A stretch of 64,000 nt of DNA from a virus (lineage: Duplodnaviria > Caudoviricetes), in IMG/VR virus record IMGVR_UViG_3300018012_000099; one strand, given 5' to 3'. Each line of letters begins with the position of its first letter. Position 1 is the stretch's first letter. Of this stretch, positions 7,572-18,674 are shown one piece after another. Position numbers and translations under genes: made by a program. The notes under the pieces are model-generated. The model made no database searches, was not told the DNA's origin, and worked only from the letters and a program-made list of their open reading frames with translations.

Positions 7572-10500
7572 ATGAGTAATTTTCCTCAGAACTTTGACGA
7601 TGATACAACTTTACCAGTTGTTAATGATAATCTAACAGAAATTGGTGGCGACGCCATTAATGCTTTGCGAGATGCTGTCTTTAACATCGAGATGAATATT
7701 GGTTTGGGTGCCGCAGGAACTACTCCATCTATCGCAGCCCGTTTGGGTTTGCTTATTAATCCGGATGGAACTCCTAATGCTTCTGCTATTACTAGTTTAG
7801 GTTTGGTAACTTTACCAATTACTCAAGATCAAATTATTGATAACGCCCAAATTCCAGAATCCAAATTGCGTTTGGATTATCGTACCCAGGATCTCTTTAA
7901 TTATATCAGAGATCTGTCTAGGGATGTAAATCTAGCTTTAGGATGGATATCCGTTAGTGGTGTCAAGTTAGAACCTCATCTTATAGGGGCTATTTATCGT
8001 CATGATTTGTCTCAGATCGACGTAGCGGAAAATTCTAGCCAGTTTTTAAACAATGTTTTTAGAACCCAGCGTGATAACGCTAATTCCTATACGCTAATTA
8101 ACGATATGAATAGTGAGTTGTTGGCTCATCAATGGGCGGACGGCTCTCCATTTGGTATATTGCGTAACATTATCACAAATGATGGTTCCATTTATCCTTC
8201 TTATTATGCACATGTGGCTAGTGGTATATTTCTGAATACCAGTAGATTTAATACTATTCCACAAACGGCGCAAGACCTTCAATCGTTTGCCCAGTTTATT
8301 GATGAAGCTAGCATTTTCTTGTTAGGTACTAGAATACAAAACCTATACGCTAATGGTATTTCTAGAACTTCCACTTCTTCTAGCCTTACTACTGATGGTT
8401 ATGGACAACCAATTATCCCTCCAACACCAGCTACTGCCTTCTTAAGATTTCCATCGGGAAATAATAGTGCGCCAGTAGATGACATTGATCATGGAGATGA
8501 TATCATACAATTTTTTCCGGCTGCCGCGGACATAAGTTCTAATTCTTTTGATGAAAAGTTTGCTTTAGTTCAAGTGGGCGATATTATCAGAATAAATTAT
8601 GGAACCGTTGAGGTTCAGTTTGTCATTTTAGAAAAGAAATACACTCACGGAACCTATGCTATAAGAATAGCTGGCAAAAATTTAGCCTATACAACCACCG
8701 CGGTTGCTAGAATTGATAGACCATTATTTAATACGAATAAATATGGTGTATTGGCTTTAGCTGCCGCTAATAGCAGTTTTAATAGCTCCAATATTCCAAC
8801 CAGTTTAATTGTGGGTGCCCCCCGCGGAGCCCAAACTTTGGGTATAGGATTTAATCCAGATCAATTTGATAGTCAACATTATCTGTTGTATTTGGCCTTG
8901 TATCCAACAGGATCTCCACAAGATGGTTATACTATATTACCAGCTATTGATGTGACTGGTAATCAAGGTGCTACACCGGGATTTTACACTTTAGATTCTA
9001 TAGTCCAATCTACCAATCTAGCTTTTAGGCAGCCTGGTTACAATTATAGGTTTATTGCCTTTTCCTACCAGGGTGAATTTGGCATTATGTTAGCTGATTC
9101 TTATAATAACGCCTCTTTCTCTATTATAAGTGGCGTTGTTCTTCCTAACGGAACCGGTTATGACCCTACTGGAACGGGTATTAATTTTCCACACAATGTG
9201 ATAGATGTATTTTCTACCAATCATGATCCATTGGGTTTTGGTGCATTAGGCTCTAACGTCGCCTCTCCGCCATTTACATCTTCTTTTGCTTCGGTTGCAG
9301 CCTCACAATTTGTTACTCGTATTTTAGTACCACTAAGAAGAAATAATTACTATGTAGATGGTGTAGAAAAAGAAAAACTCAACCTACAGATAGGACAAGC
9401 TCTTGATCAATATGGTGACGGCTATTGGGTTGCGTCTATTGATGGATATCAGTCTGTTTCTGGACATGTTCAAACTACATATTTAGTTCCGCTGGATTTA
9501 TCTACTTCTGATCTAAAAATAGGAAAAACGCTAGTTGTTCAATCCTTGGGATCGGGTAGTTTGGTAGATTTTGGTAGATTTGTAATTAGTGGAATTAATT
9601 TCAATTGTTCTACTAGTCCAGCCACTGCTATTACAGTATACGATGCGGTGCATGCGACAGGTACCTTTCCGGCTCCCACCCTAGCTAGTAGTCCAGATGG
9701 CTATGGTAAACCAGTTGCCTTATATTTTAATTCTGATTCCGTGGCTTTTGATCAAGAGTCAGCCACCGATATTACCATACCATCACCTAACGGTCCTTTT
9801 AAGAGATTCTTTGAAATTTATGTGGATGAAAATGGTAACACTTTTACTCACGAACGAGCCAGATTAAACAACAGCGGAAGTGTGATTACGGTTAATCCAA
9901 CTACTGGTAGCTCTGTTCCTTTGTATAATTCCTCTTCTTCATTATCTTTCATCAATATTTATGATATTTCTCCAAAACTTAGAGGATACAATTTTGGCAT
10001 AACCAAAATTAATTTGCGACTCTTTTCATATGATGCTACCACCGGCTTATTTGATGGATACTTATGTCAATTTGACGGTACAACCGTTACTCATGCCGGA
10101 CCCATTATCGTTGGACAAAAAGGATTAATTTCTAGATTTTATGATGCAACAAATGTAGATTACATCGATTTTATCTTTAATCCTGGTGACACTATATCAT
10201 CTTTTACTACTCCACAATCGGTAGATATACAATTATTTCCATCTTTGAGTTTAGATGGTCAAATTATGCAGTTGGGCACTTGTCAATTTAATACTGTAAA
10301 TTATCAAGTATCTTATCTGAATGATAAAAGACAATTTGGAAATATTAGTGAAGAACAGCTATCTACTTCAGCTATTGATTTTATTCAATCGTCTGATAGA
10401 GAGTTATGTGATAATGGAATTATTAGAGGATTTGATGCTTTGGATGCTAATGGAAATCCAACCATTCAAATTAATATTGCAGGAGGCACTATTAATTTTA

Positions 10501-13382
10501 GTGGTGGAGAGGCATTTATCAATGGAAAAATTATACAACTAAATCCACAATCTGTTGATTTGCCGGTAGTATTAGAAGCTGTCAATGGCACGACCACTTC
10601 TACAGTTAATGTTATTACTTGGTTTATTTGTGTGAATGATAAATCCGAAATAGAGTTGGTTGCCTCCACCGATTTTGATCCTTTCGGACCATTCGTTGGA
10701 CAGTATGCTGCATTTTCGCTCAATCATTTGAGAATATTTTATGTGTTAAACCCCAACGATCCTCTACCTACTCCGTATCAGGTTAGGGGTACTTATTTTG
10801 GTGGATTGGTTGTTAATCAAAAGGATGTAACCCCTATTGCGGTGGCAGTTGCTACTGTAACCAACCCAGGTTCAGGATTTGCTGTTACCAATGTAGTGCT
10901 GAACGACGCTAAGAGATTCGTTACCAATGGATATGGTGGACTTATTGATCCGTTAACGTTAGGTACTTTTGCCAGCTTTAGAAATTTTGACTCATTACTT
11001 AATTGGCTTTATCAACTAAATAATTTATTCTCTGCTTCGGTGGGTGAAAGTAATCCAATTTCCAACAGGGTTATTGTTAAAGGGCATGTTAGTATTGTGG
11101 CCCCTATACCTCTAGGATACATCTTCGGAGAAATACATTTCGAGGGAGATAACGGAGTCTTTGATGTTTTCATTCCAACAGGATTTGAATTGCAGAGCAA
11201 CGTTCATTTTGACAATATTATTTTTAACTATCTATATGATCCTGTAGTTTATAATTCTGTGTATGGAGATGTTACCGACGGTTATTTTAGTAGTACTAAT
11301 TTAATCAATACTGGTAGAGGGCTTATTCATGTAGGTACTGGTACCGTACCGGGTAGTAATGCTTTCAACAGAAATATTTCTATCACTAACTGCCATTTTA
11401 TTTGGGTACCACTCATCGGTGGTTTGGGCGGCGTACCACCATTCGTAGCGGTTCCACCTATTACTTCTACTGGTATTAACAGATATTCTTTCATCAACAT
11501 AGAATTAGCACAACCGCCTGTGGGTGCCCCAACCATTTTGCAAAGTTTAGATATTTCCAATAATACTTTTATAGAAAATACTCTAAATTCATTTGCACCC
11601 GCCAACCAAGAAACACAACGTGCGGCTATTTCTATAGTATCTTTAGCAAATTCTATTACGGTGCCCGCCTCTGGTGTCAAACTAATTAATGCTACTATTA
11701 GAAATAATGTATGTGATAAAGATCAAATGATTGCTATAGTGCCAGCTTCTACTGCCACCAGTAATACTGTCAACGCAGCTATAAATGCTACTGGTTGTAT
11801 AATTGAGGCTAATACTTGTGGAGCTATTTCAATTTTTACGCAATATGATATCGCACTTGATGTCAATTTTACAGCTAATTTTATTAGTTTCACGTTGGAT
11901 AAAAATCTGGGTTTAATTATTAAGGACAATACCTGCAAATATATTACTTCTACGGATGCCCGAGGAATAGATTTAGCTAATAATGTAACAACCATTGCCC
12001 CCAATACGGGACCTCTTATTATTAGTGATAATACATGTTGCTGGATTAAACCAGTTCTTAATATTAATTCTGCTGCCCCAGTTGCTGCCCCCTGTGTTAT
12101 TAAAAATAATATCCTTAACGGTTATGATGTTAATTTCCGCAGATCATATTTAATTGGTAGTAACAGTATCACTAATACTGCTATCGAGGTTATTAATATT
12201 GCAAGTAGCACTGCTTTGGAAAGTATAATTATAGATGGCAACTGGATTAGTGCAGGATTATATGCTACGCCACCAACCATATCACAATTTGCTTATGATT
12301 TAGGTATTGTTTCACAACATGACGCCAATATTTGTAACAATATCATTAGTAATCTTCAAACTGTTCTTCTAACTGGTAATCCTCCTATCGGTATTACAGT
12401 GGCTGGAACCAATTCTTGTAATATTCATCACAACAAATTGTTCAGATTAGCCACTATCTGGCAAGCGTATGTTAATGCGGGTGGTGGTCATCACTTAATT
12501 ACTGATAACTTTTTTGATCAAACTACTGTGGACGGTACTCATACTGAACAGCAGGTGATAGGCAGCCTAAATCAACATAGCATTTCCAGAAATGTTAATC
12601 AGATAGTTTACGAAGCCATGTCGCTAGTAGATTATAAGTACTACTATATTGCTACTGGTGCAGGGGCAGCGTCTAATACCGGTCCGGCTCCAACTACAAC
12701 TTTAATTTTCGTTGATCCGGTTAATAATACATTTTTATCTAGATATTCATCGGATGCGGTCACTACTTCTTCTTCAGCATATACTCAATTCGCCGAATTG
12801 GCAGGCTTCCCTAACGCTAGCCCTCCCACTACTGCGGAAAGAGATTTAAGTTTCACTATCCCATTGAGTGATCAACTGCCAAATGGGGTGAGAATCCTTA
12901 GTGTAGAAATGGGCGTATGGCTACAGCTTAATGGAGCTACATTAGATACTACCCAACCTGCTAATAATGCTATCAGTTTAAATTTGGTTTCCCACGCTGA
13001 TAATTTGTTTACTGGTGTTTCTGGAACTGCACGTATTACAGACGTGAGAAATAATATTTTTCCGGCTTCTACTGGTGGTACTGTGGGCGCTGACTTTTCT
13101 GTTCCTACTATATTTTTGTCCGATCCTTTGGTATTTACACTATTGGTGGGATCTGTTGATTCTTCTGGTCCAGGATATAAAGTAGTTACTATAGGTGATT
13201 TAACAGCTAGCACACAATTTTTAACTATAAATACTATTCCGGGAGTCAATTTTACCACTGGCAATAATCATAGAATAAATTTACAAATAGATATGAACTT
13301 TTTGAGGTTAAATGGTACCGGTTCAGGCGGTAATGGTGTTTTCTGGTACTTTTCGCCAATTTTAGTAACATATAGTTGGTAA
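7572..13382 (+). CDS. Giant virion protein (1936 aa) with C-terminal parallel beta-helix (tailspike-like)
   Basis: PbH1-like repeats ISNNTF, IRNNVC, IEANTC, IKDNTC, ISDNTC, IKNNIL, IDGNWI, ICNNII, IHHNKL, ITDNFF. Contains 7 DGY and lies in the tail block. Confidence 0.6.
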   Translation: MSNFPQNFDDDTTLPVVNDNLTEIGGDAINALRDAVFNIEMNIGLGAAGTTPSIAARLGLLINPDGTPNASAITSLGLVTLPITQDQIIDNAQIPESKLRLDYRTQDLFNYIRDLSRDVNLALGWISVSGVKLEPHLIGAIYRHDLSQIDVAENSSQFLNNVFRTQRDNANSYTLINDMNSELLAHQWADGSPFGILRNIITNDGSIYPSYYAHVASGIFLNTSRFNTIPQTAQDLQSFAQFIDEASIFLLGTRIQNLYANGISRTSTSSSLTTDGYGQPIIPPTPATAFLRFPSGNNSAPVDDIDHGDDIIQFFPAAADISSNSFDEKFALVQVGDIIRINYGTVEVQFVILEKKYTHGTYAIRIAGKNLAYTTTAVARIDRPLFNTNKYGVLALAAANSSFNSSNIPTSLIVGAPRGAQTLGIGFNPDQFDSQHYLLYLALYPTGSPQDGYTILPAIDVTGNQGATPGFYTLDSIVQSTNLAFRQPGYNYRFIAFSYQGEFGIMLADSYNNASFSIISGVVLPNGTGYDPTGTGINFPHNVIDVFSTNHDPLGFGALGSNVASPPFTSSFASVAASQFVTRILVPLRRNNYYVDGVEKEKLNLQIGQALDQYGDGYWVASIDGYQSVSGHVQTTYLVPLDLSTSDLKIGKTLVVQSLGSGSLVDFGRFVISGINFNCSTSPATAITVYDAVHATGTFPAPTLASSPDGYGKPVALYFNSDSVAFDQESATDITIPSPNGPFKRFFEIYVDENGNTFTHERARLNNSGSVITVNPTTGSSVPLYNSSSSLSFINIYDISPKLRGYNFGITKINLRLFSYDATTGLFDGYLCQFDGTTVTHAGPIIVGQKGLISRFYDATNVDYIDFIFNPGDTISSFTTPQSVDIQLFPSLSLDGQIMQLGTCQFNTVNYQVSYLNDKRQFGNISEEQLSTSAIDFIQSSDRELCDNGIIRGFDALDANGNPTIQINIAGGTINFSGGEAFINGKIIQLNPQSVDLPVVLEAVNGTTTSTVNVITWFICVNDKSEIELVASTDFDPFGPFVGQYAAFSLNHLRIFYVLNPNDPLPTPYQVRGTYFGGLVVNQKDVTPIAVAVATVTNPGSGFAVTNVVLNDAKRFVTNGYGGLIDPLTLGTFASFRNFDSLLNWLYQLNNLFSASVGESNPISNRVIVKGHVSIVAPIPLGYIFGEIHFEGDNGVFDVFIPTGFELQSNVHFDNIIFNYLYDPVVYNSVYGDVTDGYFSSTNLINTGRGLIHVGTGTVPGSNAFNRNISITNCHFIWVPLIGGLGGVPPFVAVPPITSTGINRYSFINIELAQPPVGAPTILQSLDISNNTFIENTLNSFAPANQETQRAAISIVSLANSITVPASGVKLINATIRNNVCDKDQMIAIVPASTATSNTVNAAINATGCIIEANTCGAISIFTQYDIALDVNFTANFISFTLDKNLGLIIKDNTCKYITSTDARGIDLANNVTTIAPNTGPLIISDNTCCWIKPVLNINSAAPVAAPCVIKNNILNGYDVNFRRSYLIGSNSITNTAIEVINIASSTALESIIIDGNWISAGLYATPPTISQFAYDLGIVSQHDANICNNIISNLQTVLLTGNPPIGITVAGTNSCNIHHNKLFRLATIWQAYVNAGGGHHLITDNFFDQTTVDGTHTEQQVIGSLNQHSISRNVNQIVYEAMSLVDYKYYYIATGAGAASNTGPAPTTTLIFVDPVNNTFLSRYSSDAVTTSSSAYTQFAELAGFPNASPPTTAERDLSFTIPLSDQLPNGVRILSVEMGVWLQLNGATLDTTQPANNAISLNLVSHADNLFTGVSGTARITDVRNNIFPASTGGTVGADFSVPTIFLSDPLVFTLLVGSVDSSGPGYKVVTIGDLTASTQFLTINTIPGVNFTTGNNHRINLQIDMNFLRLNGTGSGGNGVFWYFSPILVTYSW

Positions 13383-13383
13383 T

Positions 13384-14208
13384 ATGTCATCTAATAATTT
13401 TTTTAAGAGCGATCTTTATGGTTTGTATAACATCGTACAAGCCTCTATGCTAGTGTATCCAAAAGAAATGGTTATTAATACATTAAGAAATTTTTTTAAT
13501 CGAGATAGTTATTACCATTATTCCAAAGATCAGTGGGGATTTGCCAACACTACTGATCATACCGATCTGCCACCTGGTGCCGATTTGCCATTTGGTCCAG
13601 GCTCTCATCCTGAACTTAACCCTAATCCAATTCTGTCCACTCGTTTGTTTATTGGTGAAAATTATCGTTATGATAGCATTTACTATCCTGCTTTGTTAGT
13701 TAAGAGCGGCGGATCTCGCTATGTACCAATTTCTATCAATAGGGAGCAGGGTACCGTCTACTTCAGTGAGATGTTGTTTGAAGACGGCTACGGTCACGAA
13801 ACGTTGGTTCGCAGACCACAATCTTTTGTGACTGCGGGAGCGTGGGAAGGATCCATCATCGTGGATGTTTATTCTAGAAGTTTACGTGCTAGGGATGATT
13901 TATGTGAATTAGTAGGTATGTGTTTTGCAGAGGTGAATTTTGATACTTTGCATGAAGTGGGGGTAATCGTTAAACCACCGGTTATTGGGGCACCCAGTGA
14001 AGGTGATGATCGAAATGATAAGCTATTTAGGCAAAGTATCACATTAGATATAAGAACCGAATGGCGAAGGGAAATTCCCATTGGAAACTTAATAGATGCT
14101 ATTCTCTTCACTGTTAATTTCGGTGGCTTCACGCCCAATAGCCCAAATGCGGCTAATCTGACCATTAATACAGAAGTGAGTATAATTGATATGCTACTAA
14201 ATGGGTAA
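13384..14208 (+). CDS. Putative tail completion/terminator protein
   Basis: 274 aa, immediately upstream of the sheath gene (the canonical position), with a beta-rich C-half (SIIVDVYSRS...SITLDIRTEW). Confidence 0.45.
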   Translation: MSSNNFFKSDLYGLYNIVQASMLVYPKEMVINTLRNFFNRDSYYHYSKDQWGFANTTDHTDLPPGADLPFGPGSHPELNPNPILSTRLFIGENYRYDSIYYPALLVKSGGSRYVPISINREQGTVYFSEMLFEDGYGHETLVRRPQSFVTAGAWEGSIIVDVYSRSLRARDDLCELVGMCFAEVNFDTLHEVGVIVKPPVIGAPSEGDDRNDKLFRQSITLDIRTEWRREIPIGNLIDAILFTVNFGGFTPNSPNAANLTINTEVSIIDMLLNG

Positions 14209-14349
14209 ATAGTAGTGGGGACAAATGGGTAAATTAGAAACTTTAAAGACGGGTCGACCAACAAAATGTACTAATATATCACTAGGAATAGGAATATTAT
14301 TACATTTTAGTGTACCAACCCCTATAACCGAGTGAGATAAGGATTTAAC

Positions 14350-17187
14350 ATGGCTGACATACCCGGAGCAACTAATGCATTACCAGGACCGTTTACGCTC
14401 GTCCAGACATCGTCTGCGGCTGTATCTATTCCGGGCGGTTCTCGTGTAACTGCCATGATCGGTCAAGGTCAGACTAATGAGACCGTTGTGGCTCAAGCTC
14501 AAGGTGGCGGAGTTGATGGTTTGAACGCAACCTATACCTCTACTAGCGGTGCAGACGGTAGACATTTTACACTGTTACAAGCTCCAATCATCTCTAACAG
14601 AACTACTCTATTTAAAAACGGTATCCCCCTCGTCGGTATGGAGTCTACTATCACTGCAACTACCACTTTCAGTGATGCTTTTGATTATCTTATCGATGTC
14701 ACTACGGGTCATATCCTATTACAATCTGCCCACTTAGTAGATCAAGGTGGCGCTTTCTATGTTCCTCTTTCTACTAACGTTGGTTTGGGTACTATCAATG
14801 CTCTGACTCTAGTGGATGTTAATGCTCCACCAGAAACTTGGACCGTGCGCTGTATATCCGTTCAAAGAAATTCTATGAATCAACCAATCGGTGGTACTGC
14901 TACATTTATTGCCGTAGGTTCTGTTTCCGGTGCGCAGGTAGATGCTAATGGTAATCCAATCGTTTGGATTGCTGACGGCTATGTTGTTAGCAATGGTATT
15001 TTGAGCTTCAGCATCATTGAAACTCAAGTACTAAGCGTATATGTTTCTCCATTCGTTCCAGGTGACGCTTTCACTATCGAAGTGGCTAGCGGCGTGTTGA
15101 TTAAAAATGATAGTTTAACTGCTACCTATATTCCAGTAGCTAATATTAATAATCCTATTTTAACTCAAGGTCAAAATCAGGTTATTGCTCAATTTGGCAA
15201 TCCGAGCTTAGATAATAGTTTGTCTTTGGGTGGTCAACTGTTCTACGCCAACGGCGCTTCTAGTCTTATCTGTTTACAGGCCGCACCACCGCTACCTCGA
15301 CGAACTTCTTTCATTCTCTCTCATTCGGTTAATTCTGCCTCCACTAATGATGATGATTTCGTTTTCCCGTTACCTGTGGGTGTGGTTCCGGCGTTCAATG
15401 ACGATATCCACTTTTTCATTACTAACAATACTAATCAAGTAGAAACTCAGATTCTACCTAACAAACAGACATATTATACTTTAGGTACAGCGGGTAATCC
15501 AACCTTAGATCAATTTATCAAGGATAACGTACCCGCTCCTGGTGGATTTTCCTACTTCTATACCGTTATTCAAAGTTTCGAAACCTTGGTAACTGGTTTT
15601 GATGGTTATATTGGTAGAACTGGACCACAAACTAATCAGGGAGTTTTCTCGTCTTCTGTTACTTTTGACTCTACCTACATTGGTAAAGAAATTAGAATCA
15701 TTGACGCGCAGAATGTAGCTAACATTAATGCCTCAGCTACTGGCGGAAATGATAATCCAACTTTCACCGTCACTGGTGTTTTTGATGGTCAATTGTACTT
15801 CATGGGCAGCGTACCATTCCCAGATTTAACCAACGTAGCCGGTACCGAAGCTTTTGAGCTGATCGATCCATCTACTGATACAGTGGTTCCAGGCAGCCAA
15901 GCAACCCAAGGAACTGTTGTAGAAAATGTAGGCACTGGAACTGGTACTATTACCGATGCTGTGGTTAATTTTAACAGCATATCTGCTTTCGTAGCAAATC
16001 CAACTCACTATAAAGTACAAATCAACGGAGATATTAATAACCAGGGTTTGTATGATATTACTGGTTATAGTTCTGTAGGCAATGGTGTCATTTCTATTGC
16101 CAAGGCTTTGGTTAACGAACATAATGTACGTTATGAAATTATTGATCCTACTTTGGTGAGTAACTATATCGTTATTAATCATAACGTGGTACCAAATGGT
16201 TTCGGTTTGAGAGTTACTCTCGTTGATAATCGTGATGCTACTTTCTATGATGCTGGGTGGCTTAATGCTCTTGCTGCTTTAGAAACAATAGAATGCGATA
16301 TCTTAGTTCCATTGCCAAATCAAACTATCAGCGTTATCTTCCAGAACTGTGTCAATCACTGCATCGCTATGAGCAACATCGTCAACAAGAAAGAACGTGT
16401 GTTGTTCATCGGAGCTATCAATGGTTTGACCCCAGCTAACGTAACTGGACAACAACTAGCTGCCGTTGAAGACCTAGGACCACTAGAGGGTATTCCGGGT
16501 AGCAACCCAAGCTTGATTCTACAAGCTAACCCACAAGACTTGGCAAACTACTCAGTATCTGCCGCTTACGGATACACTTTCCGTGTTGTCTACTTCTATC
16601 CTGACCAAATTGTGGTCGCTGCTGGAGGTAACAACATTTTGGTGGATGGATTCTATATCGCTGCTGCCGCCGCGGGTTACGAATCTGCTGACGTTATTCT
16701 CCAAAATCCTCTAACTAACAAAACCATTTCTGGGTTCACTATCTTGAATAACAAGAAGTTCTCTACCCTGGTACTAGAACAATTAGCTGCTGCCGGTATT
16801 ACCACCTTGCAGCCAGTTGCCGGAGGTGGGAATGTGGTCTGGGGTATCACCACCAGTCAGTCTGGATTCCCAGAAGAACAAGAAATTTCCATCGTTTTTA
16901 TCAGAGACCGCGTAGCGAAGGTTTTGAGAGCCGGATTCCAAGGTTTCATTGGCACTCCACAGGATGTCAATACTGCCGCTGTACTCAACACCGAAGCAGT
17001 AGTTCTGTTGAACTCTCTAGTAGGTCAAGGTTTGATTACCGCATACAAGGACCTGGCAGTATCACAAGATACCGTAGACCCACGTCAATGGAACATCTCG
17101 GTGAGCGTCAGCCCAGCTTATCCAATTAATTGGATCTTTATCAAGGTTAACATTACCAACCTTAATCTAGGTGGTTCTGGCGGTTAA
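14350..17187 (+). CDS. Contractile tail sheath protein
   Basis: Sheath C-terminal signature EEQEISIVFIRDRVAKVLR...FIG...LITAYKDLAVSQDTVDPRQWNISVSVSPAYPINWIFIKV and N-terminal PGPFTLVQT. Followed by the tube gene. Confidence 0.9.
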   Translation: MADIPGATNALPGPFTLVQTSSAAVSIPGGSRVTAMIGQGQTNETVVAQAQGGGVDGLNATYTSTSGADGRHFTLLQAPIISNRTTLFKNGIPLVGMESTITATTTFSDAFDYLIDVTTGHILLQSAHLVDQGGAFYVPLSTNVGLGTINALTLVDVNAPPETWTVRCISVQRNSMNQPIGGTATFIAVGSVSGAQVDANGNPIVWIADGYVVSNGILSFSIIETQVLSVYVSPFVPGDAFTIEVASGVLIKNDSLTATYIPVANINNPILTQGQNQVIAQFGNPSLDNSLSLGGQLFYANGASSLICLQAAPPLPRRTSFILSHSVNSASTNDDDFVFPLPVGVVPAFNDDIHFFITNNTNQVETQILPNKQTYYTLGTAGNPTLDQFIKDNVPAPGGFSYFYTVIQSFETLVTGFDGYIGRTGPQTNQGVFSSSVTFDSTYIGKEIRIIDAQNVANINASATGGNDNPTFTVTGVFDGQLYFMGSVPFPDLTNVAGTEAFELIDPSTDTVVPGSQATQGTVVENVGTGTGTITDAVVNFNSISAFVANPTHYKVQINGDINNQGLYDITGYSSVGNGVISIAKALVNEHNVRYEIIDPTLVSNYIVINHNVVPNGFGLRVTLVDNRDATFYDAGWLNALAALETIECDILVPLPNQTISVIFQNCVNHCIAMSNIVNKKERVLFIGAINGLTPANVTGQQLAAVEDLGPLEGIPGSNPSLILQANPQDLANYSVSAAYGYTFRVVYFYPDQIVVAAGGNNILVDGFYIAAAAAGYESADVILQNPLTNKTISGFTILNNKKFSTLVLEQLAAAGITTLQPVAGGGNVVWGITTSQSGFPEEQEISIVFIRDRVAKVLRAGFQGFIGTPQDVNTAAVLNTEAVVLLNSLVGQGLITAYKDLAVSQDTVDPRQWNISVSVSPAYPINWIFIKVNITNLNLGGSGG

Positions 17188-17213
17188 CATATACTTAGGG
17201 AGTATAAAATAAT

Positions 17214-17885
17214 ATGGCTCAAGCACCCAATACAAATTCGACACTTTCTTTTCCGGGCGGTCAGAATAAGACCTCCACGGCTATATCTACTAACATTATC
17301 ATTACTGTTAGAAACTCTACGGGAGTAAATATTCCCGTGGGAGCCGTTCAATCTATGGCTATCTCTGAGAAAAGACCTATCAAGATGGTTGATGAAGTTG
17401 GAACCGATGGTCACATCGATTCTGTGCCAAATCAATCTACTAATATTACTGGTTCTTGTCAACGTGTACGTTTCGACCGATTGAGAGTGGCAGAAGCCTT
17501 CAGCCGTGGATTTGTTCACGTAGCTTCTCAAGCTTACCCTTTCGACATCGTAATTTTTGACAAGCAAAAGTTAGCACAAGGTTTACAGATTTCTACCGTT
17601 ATCAAGAACGTGTGGATTTCTGGTATTGATTATACTTATCAAGTTAGCGACTGGGTTATTACCGATACTATGACTTGGGAAGCGGAAACTATCTTCTCTA
17701 TTCTTAACAACGGATCTTCTACTCCAGTTGCTCAAGGTGGCGAACTTGGTATCCCATTCAGCAATATTCCAATCGAACGTCAGACAGACACCGGCACCAA
17801 CGGTCGTCGTGGTTCTTTGGATGCTCCGGGTCTCATAGATCTCGGATCTGCCGCATATACCCCTCCTGGAACTGCAATCTTCTAA
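17214..17885 (+). CDS. Tail tube protein
   Basis: Directly after the sheath. VGAVQSMAISEKRPIKMVDEVG...IKNVWISGIDYTYQ...TWEAE fits the myophage tube fold. SD AGGGAG. Confidence 0.85.
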   Translation: MAQAPNTNSTLSFPGGQNKTSTAISTNIIITVRNSTGVNIPVGAVQSMAISEKRPIKMVDEVGTDGHIDSVPNQSTNITGSCQRVRFDRLRVAEAFSRGFVHVASQAYPFDIVIFDKQKLAQGLQISTVIKNVWISGIDYTYQVSDWVITDTMTWEAETIFSILNNGSSTPVAQGGELGIPFSNIPIERQTDTGTNGRRGSLDAPGLIDLGSAAYTPPGTAIF

Positions 17886-17981
17886 TCTATATAATTAGAT
17901 CAATATACTCCCTAATATTGACTAACGATGTCTCCTATTGTGTTATATACAGTAGGAGATATTGCTTTTGTGGAGAAAATA

Positions 17982-18674
17982 ATGACCGGATATGATAGCC
18001 CCATCGGAAAAAAACAATTTCAAGGACAACCCTTTAAGGAAGTGACCATTCCAGATGAGAGTGTGCAATCACCTCAAAATCAATCGCCGCAAGGTGTGCG
18101 TCCACAACAACCATCACAGTATGCGTTTCAAATGGATGAAGCCGCTTTACGAGATTTCAATGCTCGTTATGGTCCTCCACAAGAACCTATGCCCACCAGA
18201 GAACAAGCTGATTTAGAGCAGCAATTTCGTGAGGCAAGAGAGGCTAAGAAACTAGGTCGTGAAAGGCTTAGCGAAGGCGCTAGACGTCGTATTGAAATGT
18301 TAGTAGGTATGACGAATCATACCCGCTCCTTTGAGGTCGGCAGTAATATTTATGTTTTGCGAACTCTAAGAGACAGGGAATTAAGAGATGCAATCATAGC
18401 TGCTACCGCTTTTGATGGAAGTGTCCAATCACCTTTCGAAATTAGAAAACAATTATTAGCGCGTTCTTTAGTGCAAATTGCGGGCATGGATGCCAATCAA
18501 TTTATGGGATCCTCAGCCGTAGAAGATAAATTAGCCGGCTTAGAAGAATTTGATCATTATCTATTGGGCAGATTATATGATGAATATCTATCGATGGTGA
18601 AAGAAGCCCAGGCTAAATATGCTGTCCAGACACAGGAGCAAGCCCAAGAGGTTGTTGAAGATCTAAAAAAATAA
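17982..18674 (+). CDS. Tail assembly chaperone (lambda gpG-like)
   Basis: Lies between tube and tape measure. ATG 17982 has SD GGAG. The ORF ends in the slippery sequence A AAA AAA TAA. Confidence 0.7.
   Translation: MTGYDSPIGKKQFQGQPFKEVTIPDESVQSPQNQSPQGVRPQQPSQYAFQMDEAALRDFNARYGPPQEPMPTREQADLEQQFREAREAKKLGRERLSEGARRRIEMLVGMTNHTRSFEVGSNIYVLRTLRDRELRDAIIAATAFDGSVQSPFEIRKQLLARSLVQIAGMDANQFMGSSAVEDKLAGLEEFDHYLLGRLYDEYLSMVKEAQAKYAVQTQEQAQEVVEDLKK
18665..18671 (+). promoter_or_regulatory. Programmed -1 ribosomal frameshift site (A AAA AAA)
   Basis: The A7 heptamer precedes the chaperone stop codon. The -1 frame is open (IIHEPEHRFTWYL) straight into ORF 18707..19045. Confidence 0.75.
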
